Shown here piece after piece: positions 29,966 to 41,245 of a DNA stretch of 64,000 nucleotides. Every line of letters starts with the position of its first letter. Within the stretch, counting starts at the first letter, position 1. The notes under the pieces are model-generated. The model was not told the DNA's origin. It saw only the letters and a list, made by a program, of their open reading frames with translations, and ran no database searches. The position numbers and the translations under genes are program-made. Source of the DNA: Candidatus Altimarinota bacterium (GTDB taxonomy: Bacteria > Patescibacteriota > Gracilibacteria > UBA4473); NCBI GenBank assembly GCA_965231215.1, contig OZ246423.1, forward strand, positions 1,262,060 to 1,326,059, in the 5' to 3' direction.

Positions 29966-31139
29966 GAAACTCAGTACACTGATCTAGTATAGCTTCTGGA
30001 GTATAAAACCTATTCCGTACTGCTCCGCCCAAAAACAGACCGTTAACAAAAATAATGCCATTATGTGCTTTTTGCCAGCTTTGAGCTGCTTCAAGAGCTT
30101 CCTTAGGATCAGCTATAGCGCTCCCTACTTTGAACTGTTTATAAAGCATTTTAGCTGGCCACGTAAGCCTCAGGTTAGGAACTGCTGACCAAATCACTTC
30201 ATCAAATTGATCTAAGATAATATTAAATATTTCGGGATCATGATTTTTTCCTAGACCTAAAATAGCGCATCGAGGTGATTTTAATTTTTTAATTTTTGGT
30301 AAAATATACTCAAATCGAGGAGCCGAATGGGCTCCATCTATGACCAAATGGGTACTTATTTTCTCCCATCGGCAGGGCATGTGTGGAGTAATCATTTCAA
30401 AACTATTTGAATCTAAAATTTGTTCGCATATATTGCGAGCAATTTTTTTGTTCATTTTTTGTTTTATTCCTTTTAAAAAAAGAATTTTAGAGCTAGATTT
30501 TTTTTCTAAAATTGATCTATATTTTTGTTCAAATGAGATATTTAATTTAGAATCTTTGGTAAAGATCCCAGCCTTAGCTTCGGCCAATTTTTCTATAGAA
30601 TCATCAAACATCTCCAAGTGATCATGCCCAATAAAAGTAAGGGCTGCAATGCGCTTCCCTTTGAGGGCATTTACGGCATCCATTTCACCACCAATTCCTA
30701 CCTCGCAGATACAAATCTCTACTCCAGCTTTTTTAGCCGCCAAAATACCCGTTAGAACAATCGCCTCATAGTAAGTCGGATGAACTTGTAGTTTTTGGGT
30801 GATAGCTTTTATTTCTAATACATTTCCCCCAAATACCTCTGAGTCAATAAGTCTACCATTTAATCGAATCCTTTCAGTTATAACTTGTAGGTGAGGCGAG
30901 GAAATAAGCGCGACACTTTTCCCCTGAGAAAGCAGTGTCTGCTCTGTATAGCGACAAACACTCCCCTTCCCGGCCGTACCACCTACAATGACACGCCATT
31001 GAAAGTCTTTATCGGGATTCCCTAAAGCTTCTAAAACTTTTAATGTGACTTCTAAATTTGGCTTGGCTTTTGTATGGAAAAACTTCTTTTCTGAAGCGAG
31101 TTTATCAAGCCATTCTGTGGCCTCTTTGTATAGGTGCAT
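29949..31139 (-). CDS. folC: Folylpolyglutamate synthase/dihydrofolate synthase
   Basis: VGGTAGKGS, SPHL...ERI, EVGIGG..DAVN, IG.DH, K.GIF, IDGAH; ATG at 31139 preferred. Confidence 0.88.
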   Translation of the reverse strand: MHLYKEATEWLDKLASEKKFFHTKAKPNLEVTLKVLEALGNPDKDFQWRVIVGGTAGKGSVCRYTEQTLLSQGKSVALISSPHLQVITERIRLNGRLIDSEVFGGNVLEIKAITQKLQVHPTYYEAIVLTGILAAKKAGVEICICEVGIGGEMDAVNALKGKRIAALTFIGHDHLEMFDDSIEKLAEAKAGIFTKDSKLNISFEQKYRSILEKKSSSKILFLKGIKQKMNKKIARNICEQILDSNSFEMITPHMPCRWEKISTHLVIDGAHSAPRFEYILPKIKKLKSPRCAILGLGKNHDPEIFNIILDQFDEVIWSAVPNLRLTWPAKMLYKQFKVGSAIADPKEALEAAQSWQKAHNGIIFVNGLFLGGAVRNRFYTPEAILDQCTEFPIPNP

Positions 31140-31187
31140 GCGTGAGAAATATACAAAAAAAGTCCATTTAACCAAATGAACTCTTTA

Positions 31188-31264
31188 TGGTGGGCGATAT
31201 AGGATTCGAACCTATGACCTCCTCGGTGTAAACGAGATGCTCTAGCCAACTGAGCTAATCGCCC
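31188..31264 (-). tRNA. tRNA-Val (anticodon TAC)
   Basis: GGGCGATTAGCTCAGTTGGCTAGAGCATCTCGTT-TAC-ACCGAGGAGGTCATAGGTTCGAATCCTATATCGCCCACCA; cloverleaf, T-loop and encoded CCA. Confidence 0.97.
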
Positions 31265-31346
31265 TTGAAGCTGGAGGAATATATATATTTTTTTATGAGG
31301 TGCAAAATTTTTTGAGCGAATTTAAATCTATGTAAAATGTTTAAGA

Positions 31347-31739
31347 ATGAAAAACCCACTAAACCGTCTACTCCACCGGAAACCTAAAATAAAGAAAGGT
31401 CAGCATCTAGAACCAATTCATCATTATCATGTAAGAAAGCGGGTATTCCATAAAGATGAACCCTACCCACATCCTGATAGGTTTAAGCGATTGCTAGATA
31501 GAAGTGTTTATTTTGTAGGCGTTATTGGGCCCATAATGACGCTGCCGCAACTTTATATGATTTGGCATAATCAAAATGCGGAAGGCGTTTCTATTTGGAC
31601 CTGGGGAGCCTATGGATTTGTTTCTGTTTTTTGGTTTCTTTACGGCACGCTTCATGATGAAAAACCTATTGTTTTTACCTATAGCTTTTGGATTTTGGTT
31701 CATGCATTTGTGATCACAGGAATAATTTTGTATGGTTAA
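31347..31739 (+). CDS. SemiSWEET/PQ-loop family transporter
   Basis: LPQL..IW..Q.AEGVS..TW, W..YG, three TM helices. Confidence 0.82.
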   Translation: MKNPLNRLLHRKPKIKKGQHLEPIHHYHVRKRVFHKDEPYPHPDRFKRLLDRSVYFVGVIGPIMTLPQLYMIWHNQNAEGVSIWTWGAYGFVSVFWFLYGTLHDEKPIVFTYSFWILVHAFVITGIILYG

Positions 31740-31742
31740 ACT

Positions 31743-32270
31743 ATGAAACTTGTTGAACAATATGTATCCCTAAATGACAACTACAAAGCGGTAGTTTTTG
31801 AGCCAGAGGCTGAAGAAGTCATGTTTGAAGTAAATGTATATAAATGGAACGAACAACAGCTTGACGATGAAGGAAATCCAATCTGGGAAAGAATTGCTGG
31901 GCCGTTTGCTATACAAAATCTAGAAGCGGCTAAAACGCTTGCTCTAGACCAATTGCACTTACTTTCTGGTGAGACTGAAGACCAAAGTATTCCAGAAGAT
32001 ATAAAAAATGAAGTGCTAGAGACGCTTGGAAATGATGAATTTATATTTTTGGACATTAAAAACTATTCACTGAGTTATCTCCCGGACTCCCAAAGCGAAA
32101 ATTTTGAAGATTTTGAAGGTCAAATCCTACTGGCGGCTGATGAGTTCTATTTTGTGCAAGCCAAAGATAATTGTTGGTGGTCAGGGTTTTTGTATGATGA
32201 AGGGCAAATACGCTGTTGGCAAAAATTTGAAGCCCTCAACGTAGCGCTTATAAACACCATAAAAAGCTAA
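31743..32270 (+). CDS. Hypothetical acidic protein (175 aa)
   Basis: ORF 3 nt downstream of the SemiSWEET gene, same strand; no recognised motif. Confidence 0.65.
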   Translation: MKLVEQYVSLNDNYKAVVFEPEAEEVMFEVNVYKWNEQQLDDEGNPIWERIAGPFAIQNLEAAKTLALDQLHLLSGETEDQSIPEDIKNEVLETLGNDEFIFLDIKNYSLSYLPDSQSENFEDFEGQILLAADEFYFVQAKDNCWWSGFLYDEGQIRCWQKFEALNVALINTIKS

Positions 32271-32272
32271 AA

Positions 32273-33067
32273 TTACTCTTGTTTCTTTAACTCACCGGTT
32301 AGTACTAAACGGTTTTTATTTGTCCCTACAGGGGTACAGGTCATCAGCGTAATCAAAAACTTATCGGTAGGCTGGTTTAGTACCTCTACGGCGGTAGGGG
32401 GCACTACTTCTGAATACTTCATTTTATAAACGTACTTTTTGCCTTCCCAGTATACTTCTACCAAATCTCCTACTTTGACTTCATGTAAAAGTGCAAATAC
32501 ATCTTTAAATCGCCCTTTATCCCAAGCATAGTAAGATGAATGCCCCGTAATAAAGAAGTTTCCAAAATTTCCAGGGGTATGGGAAATAGGGTGCACTACT
32601 ACGCCTTGACGAAGTCCTGACTGAATATTTTTTTCTAATTCATTCCAGTTTTGGTGGTTTGGCACATTTACAAGCGGCACATTTTTATCAATTCTAGGGA
32701 TATAAAGCCTATTGTCTGAAGGATAAATCTTCATATCAGAAAATACTTTCTTAGCTTGGTTTTTGGGGGGGAGATTTTTTCTACGGAAGTTTCTCCGTGA
32801 TTTCTTTACTTTTTTTAGTCTAAGGGCTTCAATATTTGTTATTTCTTCTTCAGTGATTTTGGTCGCTTCTTCACTGGATTCAAAAGTTTCAATTACTGAA
32901 GCTTTAAGTTGCTGGTATTTAAAATCGGCAATCTGCCCATAAGCGTCTTTATTAAGACCCATATGAGCGATACCCCAGATGACCAAACTAACTCCAAAGA
33001 AATAGCATAGATCTTTCCAAAGAGGTCTTCGTTTTTCTAGATTTTTGAATTCAAATTCGTGATTCAT
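32273..33067 (-). CDS. Sortase
   Basis: N-terminal TM anchor; GNFFITGHSS, TLMTCTPVGTNKNRL (His/Cys/Arg triad). Confidence 0.93.
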   Translation of the reverse strand: MNHEFEFKNLEKRRPLWKDLCYFFGVSLVIWGIAHMGLNKDAYGQIADFKYQQLKASVIETFESSEEATKITEEEITNIEALRLKKVKKSRRNFRRKNLPPKNQAKKVFSDMKIYPSDNRLYIPRIDKNVPLVNVPNHQNWNELEKNIQSGLRQGVVVHPISHTPGNFGNFFITGHSSYYAWDKGRFKDVFALLHEVKVGDLVEVYWEGKKYVYKMKYSEVVPPTAVEVLNQPTDKFLITLMTCTPVGTNKNRLVLTGELKKQE

Positions 33068-33180
33068 ACTAATTTATAAACAAATCACGCGATTTTAGTA
33101 AAAAACATTATTTTTGGCAAGTTATACAGGTTGCCAGAATTAGTATTTTGAGTTTTTTTAAAAGAGTTAAGAAGCGGCAC

Positions 33181-34164
33181 TTAACTCAAATGTTTTGGAT
33201 CTAAGCCAAATTTAGACCGCACAGTATGAAGCTTGGCCTCAGCAATAAGGTTCGCTTTTTCAGCTCCTTTTTTTAGAATATTTTCTACTTCTGCGGGATC
33301 AGATTCTAGCTTCGTGCGTTTAGCACGCGCTTCAGCAAAATAATCCCACACAAATTCAAAGAGTTGTTTTTTGCTCTCCCCAAAACCAATACTTCCCTCT
33401 CTATAAGCGTTTTCTAATGTTTCAGTATTGGGATTTCCAAAAAGTCGGTGATATTGCATGACATTACAGGTATCTGGATCAAGAGGTTCTCCTAGTGCTT
33501 TTGACTCTGTCTGGATAGACATAATCTTTTTCTTGATATCTTTTTCTTCTCCAAAGATTTCAATCGTATTTCCGTAACTTTTTGACATCTTGGCTCCGTC
33601 TAGTCCTGGAATGGTCTGTACTTCTTCTTTGATCTGGGATGTTGGTAGAACAAAAGTCTCTCCAAAATGGTGATTAAATTTTTGGGCTAAGTCTCGAGCC
33701 ATTTCTACATGTTGTTTTTGATCTTTCCCGACAGGTACTATTGCTGCGTCATACAGAATGATATCAGCGGCCATTAAAATAGGATAGGTAAAAAGGCCTA
33801 CGTTAGCCTCCAATCCCTTAGCCACTTTATCTTTATAGGAATGAGCTCTCTCCATCAGTCCAAATGGAGTAAGGCATGAGAGATACCATAAAAGCTCTGT
33901 ATGTGCCCGAATATCGGATTGACGATAAAATACGGATTTTTGAGGATCAATGACTATCGCTAACCAATCTAATACCCCAGCTTTTTGATTTTTATGAAAC
34001 AATTCAGGATCTTGTTTTGAGGTGAAGCTATGCAGATCTGCTACAAAATAGAAACACTCATTTCCAGGCGTTTCTTGCAGTTTTTTGGCCTGTTTCATCA
34101 TGCCAAAATAATTCCCTAAATGAGAATTACCACTCGATTGCATACCGGTTAAAATTCTGGGCAT
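33181..34164 (-). CDS. trpS: Tryptophan--tRNA ligase
   Basis: HLGNY, YPILMAADI, VPVGKDQKQHVE, KMSKS. Confidence 0.97.
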   Translation of the reverse strand: MPRILTGMQSSGNSHLGNYFGMMKQAKKLQETPGNECFYFVADLHSFTSKQDPELFHKNQKAGVLDWLAIVIDPQKSVFYRQSDIRAHTELLWYLSCLTPFGLMERAHSYKDKVAKGLEANVGLFTYPILMAADIILYDAAIVPVGKDQKQHVEMARDLAQKFNHHFGETFVLPTSQIKEEVQTIPGLDGAKMSKSYGNTIEIFGEEKDIKKKIMSIQTESKALGEPLDPDTCNVMQYHRLFGNPNTETLENAYREGSIGFGESKKQLFEFVWDYFAEARAKRTKLESDPAEVENILKKGAEKANLIAEAKLHTVRSKFGLDPKHLS

Positions 34165-34212
34165 TGACTGTGGCCCAATAGTACTTTTTGTCGATTTTGA
34201 AACAAGTAAAAA

Positions 34213-34599
34213 CTACACTTCAGGGACATCTAAACCCTTTGATTCCATAATTTTTAAAACTTTTTCTACCACTTCTTGTGGAGTGTAATCAACTTTTCTG
34301 AGGTAGGCATCGGCTCCCCCTTCCAATGCCTGGTGTTGGGTATAATCTTCAGAGAGATTACTGGTTACTATAATAGGAGCATTGAGCTGAACCTCCTTTT
34401 TCAGATCCTTTAGAACCTGAAACCCATCAATATGGGGCATCATTATATCTAGCAGTATTACATCCACTCCCCTGCTGTAGGCTAATTTCTTACCGGTCTC
34501 TCCATCCTTGGCTTCTAGGACTTCAAATCCAGCACTGCCAAAGGCCAGAGCAAATAAAGCTCTCAGGTCGCTATTGTCTTCAATAATAAGTATTTTCAT
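34213..34599 (-). CDS. Single-domain response regulator (receiver)
   Basis: KILIIEDN, LLDIMMP..DG, SN, GA..YLRK. Confidence 0.9.
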   Translation of the reverse strand: MKILIIEDNSDLRALFALAFGSAGFEVLEAKDGETGKKLAYSRGVDVILLDIMMPHIDGFQVLKDLKKEVQLNAPIIVTSNLSEDYTQHQALEGGADAYLRKVDYTPQEVVEKVLKIMESKGLDVPEV

Positions 34600-34777
34600 G
34601 GAGAATTGACTTAAAATTCTATACGAATTTAAAGCAAAAAAAAACCCCTCAGTCTCATCAAAACTTAATTTATGAAAATGCTAATCATGCAGAGACGCAC
34701 ATATAAAATACGGAATATTTCAAGCCCTGATTTAACATTATTTTCCGCTAACCTGAGTATATAAAGACATCGACAGA

Positions 34778-34804
34778 TTTTCACTCGCAAGTAAAGAGTG
34801 CTAA
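34778..34804 (+). promoter_or_regulatory. CIRCE element 1 (HrcA operator)
   Basis: TTTTCACTC-N9-GAGTGCTAA versus consensus TTAGCACTC-N9-GAGTGCTAA; upstream of groES. Confidence 0.85.
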
Positions 34805-34810
34805 AAGATC

Positions 34811-34840
34811 TTGACACTCTAGCTTTTGGAGTGCTAAAAT
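34811..34840 (+). promoter_or_regulatory. CIRCE element 2 overlapping the groESL promoter
   Basis: TTGACACTC-N9-GAGTGCTAA; contains -35 TTGACA (34811-16) and extended -10 TGcTAAAAT (to 34840). Confidence 0.9.
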
Positions 34841-34868
34841 CCGCACGTTTAATTAATCTCAGAACAAC

Positions 34869-35159
34869 ATGTCCAATCTTACCCCCCTACTTGATAATGT
34901 GATTGTGAAACCGCTAGAAGGTGAAACTACCACGGCTTCTGGAATCGTAATCCCAGACACAGTGTCTAAAGAAAAACCTATGCGTGGCGAAATTATTGCC
35001 GTAGGACCAGGAAAAGTAAAAGACGGGCAAAAAATTGAATGCCCAGTAAAAGTTGGAGACGTAGTAATTTTTACAAAATACGCACCAACAGAAATCAAAG
35101 TAGACAATCAAGAACTCTACATCCTTGGATTTGACTCGCTCTTAGCAGTTGAATCTTAA
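34869..35159 (+). CDS. groES: Co-chaperonin GroES
   Basis: PL.D.V, TTASGIVIPD..KEKP, AVGPG, VKVGD.V.F.KY. Confidence 0.97.
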   Translation: MSNLTPLLDNVIVKPLEGETTTASGIVIPDTVSKEKPMRGEIIAVGPGKVKDGQKIECPVKVGDVVIFTKYAPTEIKVDNQELYILGFDSLLAVES

Positions 35160-35178
35160 TTTTTTAAATACTTATTAA

Positions 35179-36831
<1,653 letters not shown>

Positions 36832-36854
36832 ATCTATTCTAAACTTTAAATTAA

Positions 36855-36896
36855 AAAATCTGCTTAGGGTTTATAAAGACACCTTAAGCAGATTTT
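36855..36896. terminator. Bidirectional hairpin terminator between groEL and the convergent gene
   Basis: AAAATCTGCTTAGGGT-loop-ACCTTAAGCAGATTTT stem. Confidence 0.75.
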
Positions 36897-39003
36897 AGAT
36901 TTCTACTACTGTATATTCAAACGGGATAGCTTCTGTATTAATGCCTTCGAGTGAACATATATCCTCAAGGGTAGCGAGCGTAAAGAGTAAATTTTGAGTC
37001 CCATCACCAATGAAATCACCGGTTTCTTCGCTACAGCTCACAAGCGCCATTTCTGTACCGGCTTCATCATGAATATAAAAATATCCAAAATCAGGAACCA
37101 TTGAACTCATTTCTGAAAACTCAAATCGGCCTTCTAAAAACAAAATTTCTTCAAGCCATTCTCCAGCAGTTTGCTCTGCAAGAGGATCAGGGGAAAATCC
37201 ACTAATCTTGCCTCTTGTTGCCGCTACATTTAGAAAGGTTGTAGCCAATCTGACATCATTTCGCCTGTTAGAATCCCTATCAAAAGCACCACCTTCAAGT
37301 ATAACTTCCTCATTCACAGAATCTTCAGCAGAGAATTCTAAAGTGTCTATTGCTTCAATGTCTTCTACAGGTATTTCACTGTCTGGTGCTTCTGGTTCTC
37401 CAACGAGAAGTCCTTCTTCAACGGCTTCACCAATAACTTCTGCAAGATTTTCAACTAAAGCTTCCTCAACGGGTAAAGGTTCTACTGCTTCTAAGGAGTT
37501 TTCAGGAGGCTGAGGCAGGGACAAAAAACAATCATTCGCTACTTTCATCATGTAACCTGAAGCCAAATCCATAATCTGAAAATTTTCTGTATCTTCTTTC
37601 CTCCACTGCCCTGATTCATTTTGATAACTATTGAGACTTAAAATTTCACAAGTTCCAGCAACAGAGCTCAAACGATGGTTAAGCATTAACGGAGTAAAGG
37701 CCATAAAGTTCCAACCTCCAAAAAGTGCATGTCCATAACCTTCATACACACTGTCTAAGAGCGTTTGATGTTCAATTGGATAATTATACTCAAGGCTCGT
37801 GTCTTGAGGGAGGTTAATAATGACTCCATGAAGTACGAGTTCTAAATTTCCGTACAATTTTTGGTAAGCCGATTTAAAGCTCTCCCAAAAGCGCCTATCT
37901 TCTGTAGGGGGATACGTGATTTTTCGTTTATAAACCGGATCATAAAAGAGTGCTGGATTGCCCGCTAAAATATCTTTACCTAAAAATCCTTGAACAATAA
38001 GAGATTTAAAGACGGCATATGAAACTAGATTAAGCCCAGCTTTAAGCACCACAGTTGGCTTAGATTCAGCTACCACTTCAGGTATGCTGGGCATAAATGA
38101 AACCCAAAAATCTTCACTATTTATACTTTCTTTATTTTGATCGACTTCAAGTAAATCAATCATTAGTGTTTGTGAATCCACTATATCACCAATTCCTGAA
38201 TCTATAATTTCACCAGGAACAACAATGGTATAATGAGCCTCCATTCCAAAAGCATCTGGGGAAAACCCTTTTATATTCCCAGCCTCAAGGGCTTCTTCCT
38301 GTTCTAAGTCTTCTTCTAAAATATTCTCGTCTTTAGTATTATCTTCACCAAAAGTATCTGAGAAAAGATAGATAATGTTGCCATCTTCATTTTCAATCCA
38401 GGTAGCTTCATCTACAGGTTTTTTTAGAACTATTTTTCCTACTCCTGGGATTTCTGCTTCTTCACAGCTCACAACCTCAAATGCATCATCGGTATCAACC
38501 TGGTCGCAAAAATCGGCATCTGGCCCTGCCTGCATATCAAACTGAAAGAATTTATTTTTACCACCAAAATTATTACTAAAATCAGTCTCATTAAATACTT
38601 GATCTACCTCCCCTACAAAATCTTCTGGCGAAATCTCTTCAGTTTCTGAAACCATTTTAGGTTCTAAAATTTTGGTAGAAAAGTTTTGAGTTAATGCTGT
38701 TGGAACCTCTTCAATAAAGGGGGTCTCTTCCTCTTCTTTGGTATCAAAAACCTCTAAAAGAGTGGTTTCTGAATCTAAAAAATTTTCTTCTTCAAGTTCA
38801 AGCGCTAAATTGGCCGATAAGGTCTCGCCCATAGCTTGAGTTTGAGAGTCTATGATTTTATAAAGCCCAGACATATCCATCTCAATAACCACTTCCGATG
38901 AGCCATCAAAATCCAACGTTTCAGTTATATCAACTTTAAAACAGCCACTCAAAAAAAATGGTATTACCCCTACCATTAGAAGCCGAAAAGGCGATTTAAT
39001 CAT
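36895..39003 (-). CDS. Very acidic multidomain lipoprotein with a C-terminal pilin-head-like region
   Basis: Lipobox FLSG/C at Cys21; LKAGLNL and GGWNF surface-protein-like motifs; C-terminal RDSNRRNDV...YFY..ALVSC.E. Confidence 0.65.
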   Translation of the reverse strand: MIKSPFRLLMVGVIPFFLSGCFKVDITETLDFDGSSEVVIEMDMSGLYKIIDSQTQAMGETLSANLALELEEENFLDSETTLLEVFDTKEEEETPFIEEVPTALTQNFSTKILEPKMVSETEEISPEDFVGEVDQVFNETDFSNNFGGKNKFFQFDMQAGPDADFCDQVDTDDAFEVVSCEEAEIPGVGKIVLKKPVDEATWIENEDGNIIYLFSDTFGEDNTKDENILEEDLEQEEALEAGNIKGFSPDAFGMEAHYTIVVPGEIIDSGIGDIVDSQTLMIDLLEVDQNKESINSEDFWVSFMPSIPEVVAESKPTVVLKAGLNLVSYAVFKSLIVQGFLGKDILAGNPALFYDPVYKRKITYPPTEDRRFWESFKSAYQKLYGNLELVLHGVIINLPQDTSLEYNYPIEHQTLLDSVYEGYGHALFGGWNFMAFTPLMLNHRLSSVAGTCEILSLNSYQNESGQWRKEDTENFQIMDLASGYMMKVANDCFLSLPQPPENSLEAVEPLPVEEALVENLAEVIGEAVEEGLLVGEPEAPDSEIPVEDIEAIDTLEFSAEDSVNEEVILEGGAFDRDSNRRNDVRLATTFLNVAATRGKISGFSPDPLAEQTAGEWLEEILFLEGRFEFSEMSSMVPDFGYFYIHDEAGTEMALVSCSEETGDFIGDGTQNLLFTLATLEDICSLEGINTEAIPFEYTVVEI

Positions 39004-39075
39004 TGAAAATGAGTTTATTTTTGTATTTTCTAGGGTATTGTATCACAAAAAAAAGTTACATCACAAGCGCTTCCT

Positions 39076-41213
39076 TTACAGTAAGCTAGAGGGGTTTATG
39101 TCAATCTTTGCTTGGGACTCTAAATTTAATGAAGTAATAAACTCAACTAATTTAGTTTTATTCGGTCCAGTAATAAATACATGAAACCAGTATTGGTTAT
39201 GTGCACGAGGAAAAAAAGCCGGAGCCCAATTTACTTCAAATTCCGCTTCTTTAGTTTCTGATAACTTTTGTTCTAACATTTTATAAGTTCCAAAAGCTTC
39301 AGCAAAAGCCTGCGCTTTATCTCTATGTTGAAAAACTATTTTTCCAACAGTGCTAAATGGAGGGAGCCCCAAAGCTTTGTGTTGATTTAACCGGGCTTCT
39401 AAAAATCCTTTGACGTCATGGGTCTTCAAGTAGGTAACAATGGATTTTCATCCTGATAAGTCTGAATAATAATTTTGCCTTGGGTATGCCTTCTACCAGC
39501 TCTTCCAGATACCTGTTCTAACAGATTGAAAACTCTTTCCTCTGTGTTGTAGTCAGGCAAATTAAGACCTACATCGGCTAAAATAACCCCAACAGTCTGC
39601 ACCTTTTCAAAATCCAAGCCTTTGGCCACCATTTGGGTTCCGAGTAAAATATCAGCTTTATGGTCCTTAAACTGTGCATGAAGTTTTTCAAAATCATATT
39701 TACCGGTAATACTATCTTTATCAGCTCTCAGGATAGTTCGGTTGGGGAAATGTTCTTTTAGTACGGCTTCTACTTGTTGTGTCCCCCACCCTTTGAAACT
39801 AAAGTCTTTGTTATTACATTCTGGGCATACTTCTTTAAAAATCTCCATCTTCCCACAAGTATGACAAAGCAATGTGGGTTTTCCAGACTTGTGTAGTTTC
39901 ATAGGTAAATCACAATTTGGACATTTAAAGGTATGCCCACAGGCACTACAAAAAAGTGAGCCACTCCAGCCACGCTTATTTAAAAATAAAACAGCTTGTT
40001 TTCCAGCTTCAAAAGTGGCCTTTAAAGTTTCTACAAGTTTTTCAGAAAGGGGTGAAAAATTTCCTTTTTTAACTTCATTTTTTAAATCTACAATTTGTAT
40101 ATCTGGTAGATTTGTCCCAAAGATCCGCTCTTTTAATTCTACTAATTCAAAATGTGCCTCTTGCACCTGCAAAAAGGTAGCTAATTTAGGAGTAGCGGTA
40201 CCAAAACATAAACCGGCATTAAACTTTTTTGCCAATATGGCCACTACATCATGAGTCCAAAATCGAGGGGCAAATTCATTTTTATATGTCCATTCATGTT
40301 CTTCATCTACGACAATAGCTTTAAGTTTTGGAAGTGGAACTAGGCACGCTGACCGGGTGCCTACCAAAATTTGAGCAGCCCCTGTTTGGAGTTGCTTCCA
40401 TACTTGTACCTTTTCTTGAGGGGTAAGGTTTGAATGCCAAACGACCGCCTTACCTGGAAAAAATTGATGAAATTCTGAAAGCAGTTGAGGCGTAAGATTT
40501 ATCTCTGGAACCAGCATTAAAGCCTGGCCATCCTTCCCTATTTTTTCAGCAAGAAATCGTTTATAGATTTCTGTTTTTCCACTCCCCGTTATTCCCCAAA
40601 GCAATACGGGCTTGGTTGAATGTATACACCTATCTAAAGCTTTTTTTTGGAGTGCCGTAAGTCTGTTTTGTTTTTTGGGCTCGTCTGAACTACCAAAATC
40701 TTTCCGAGCAATAAGCTTCTTTTGTTCACAAACCAAAAACCCCTTAGATACAAAATTTTTAAACACGGGTTTTAATTCTTGAGGCACTTTCTGATCCTCA
40801 AAAAAGGGGTTCTTTTTAAGCCATTCTAAAAATTCAGTTTGTTTAGGTCCTTGTCTTTGAGGCTTTTCAAAATCCAGCTTTAGAGAATAAAAACGACTAT
40901 ATTTTTCTGGTACTTCTTTTAGTAAAAAAGGTTCAGGAATCTGCAAACTTAACACCTTGGCCAGTTTGGTGAAATTGGCTTGGGCTACCTCGCGTGCGAG
41001 ACTTAAATAATCTTCAGATAAAAAAGATTCATCTAAAATATTCAAAACTTCCTGAGTATCAAAATCGCTTGATTCAGTGGCTTCAATCACAATTCCAATT
41101 CTTTTTTTGTTTCTAAATAAAACCTGAACCCGAGATCCTAAAGGAATTTCGACTGTAGAATGCCACGTATAAAAATCAGGCACATTTCGTAAATAAATTC
41201 TGTAATAGCGCAT
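39076..41213 (-). pseudogene. priA: Primosomal protein N' with a single frameshift near 39430 (real or sequencing error)
   Basis: GITGSGKTE, LVPEI.LTPQ, VDEEHE, ATP, four CxxC, GTQMVAKGLDF, QVSGRAGR. The C-terminal LPPF region continues in another frame (39076-39429). Confidence 0.88.
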
Positions 41214-41245
41214 TGAAGACAAAACCATTCTATGTAAAATAACAA

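Noticed and set aside
31188-31350. tRNA-Val as an integration site for an island or prophage
   Set aside because: No integrase, no duplicated tRNA 3' end seen, and the gene beyond its 3' end is housekeeping folC.
33115-33136. TGGCAA-N10-TTGCCA palindrome between trpS and sortase, with a DnaA-box-like core
   Set aside because: Only 6-bp arms and a single imperfect box; no DnaA-box cluster or other origin evidence. It may simply be the sortase -35.
34600-34777. Possible ncRNA or riboswitch in the intergenic region before groES
   Set aside because: No recognisable conserved RNA motif or strong stem; the region is explained by divergent promoters and CIRCE sites.
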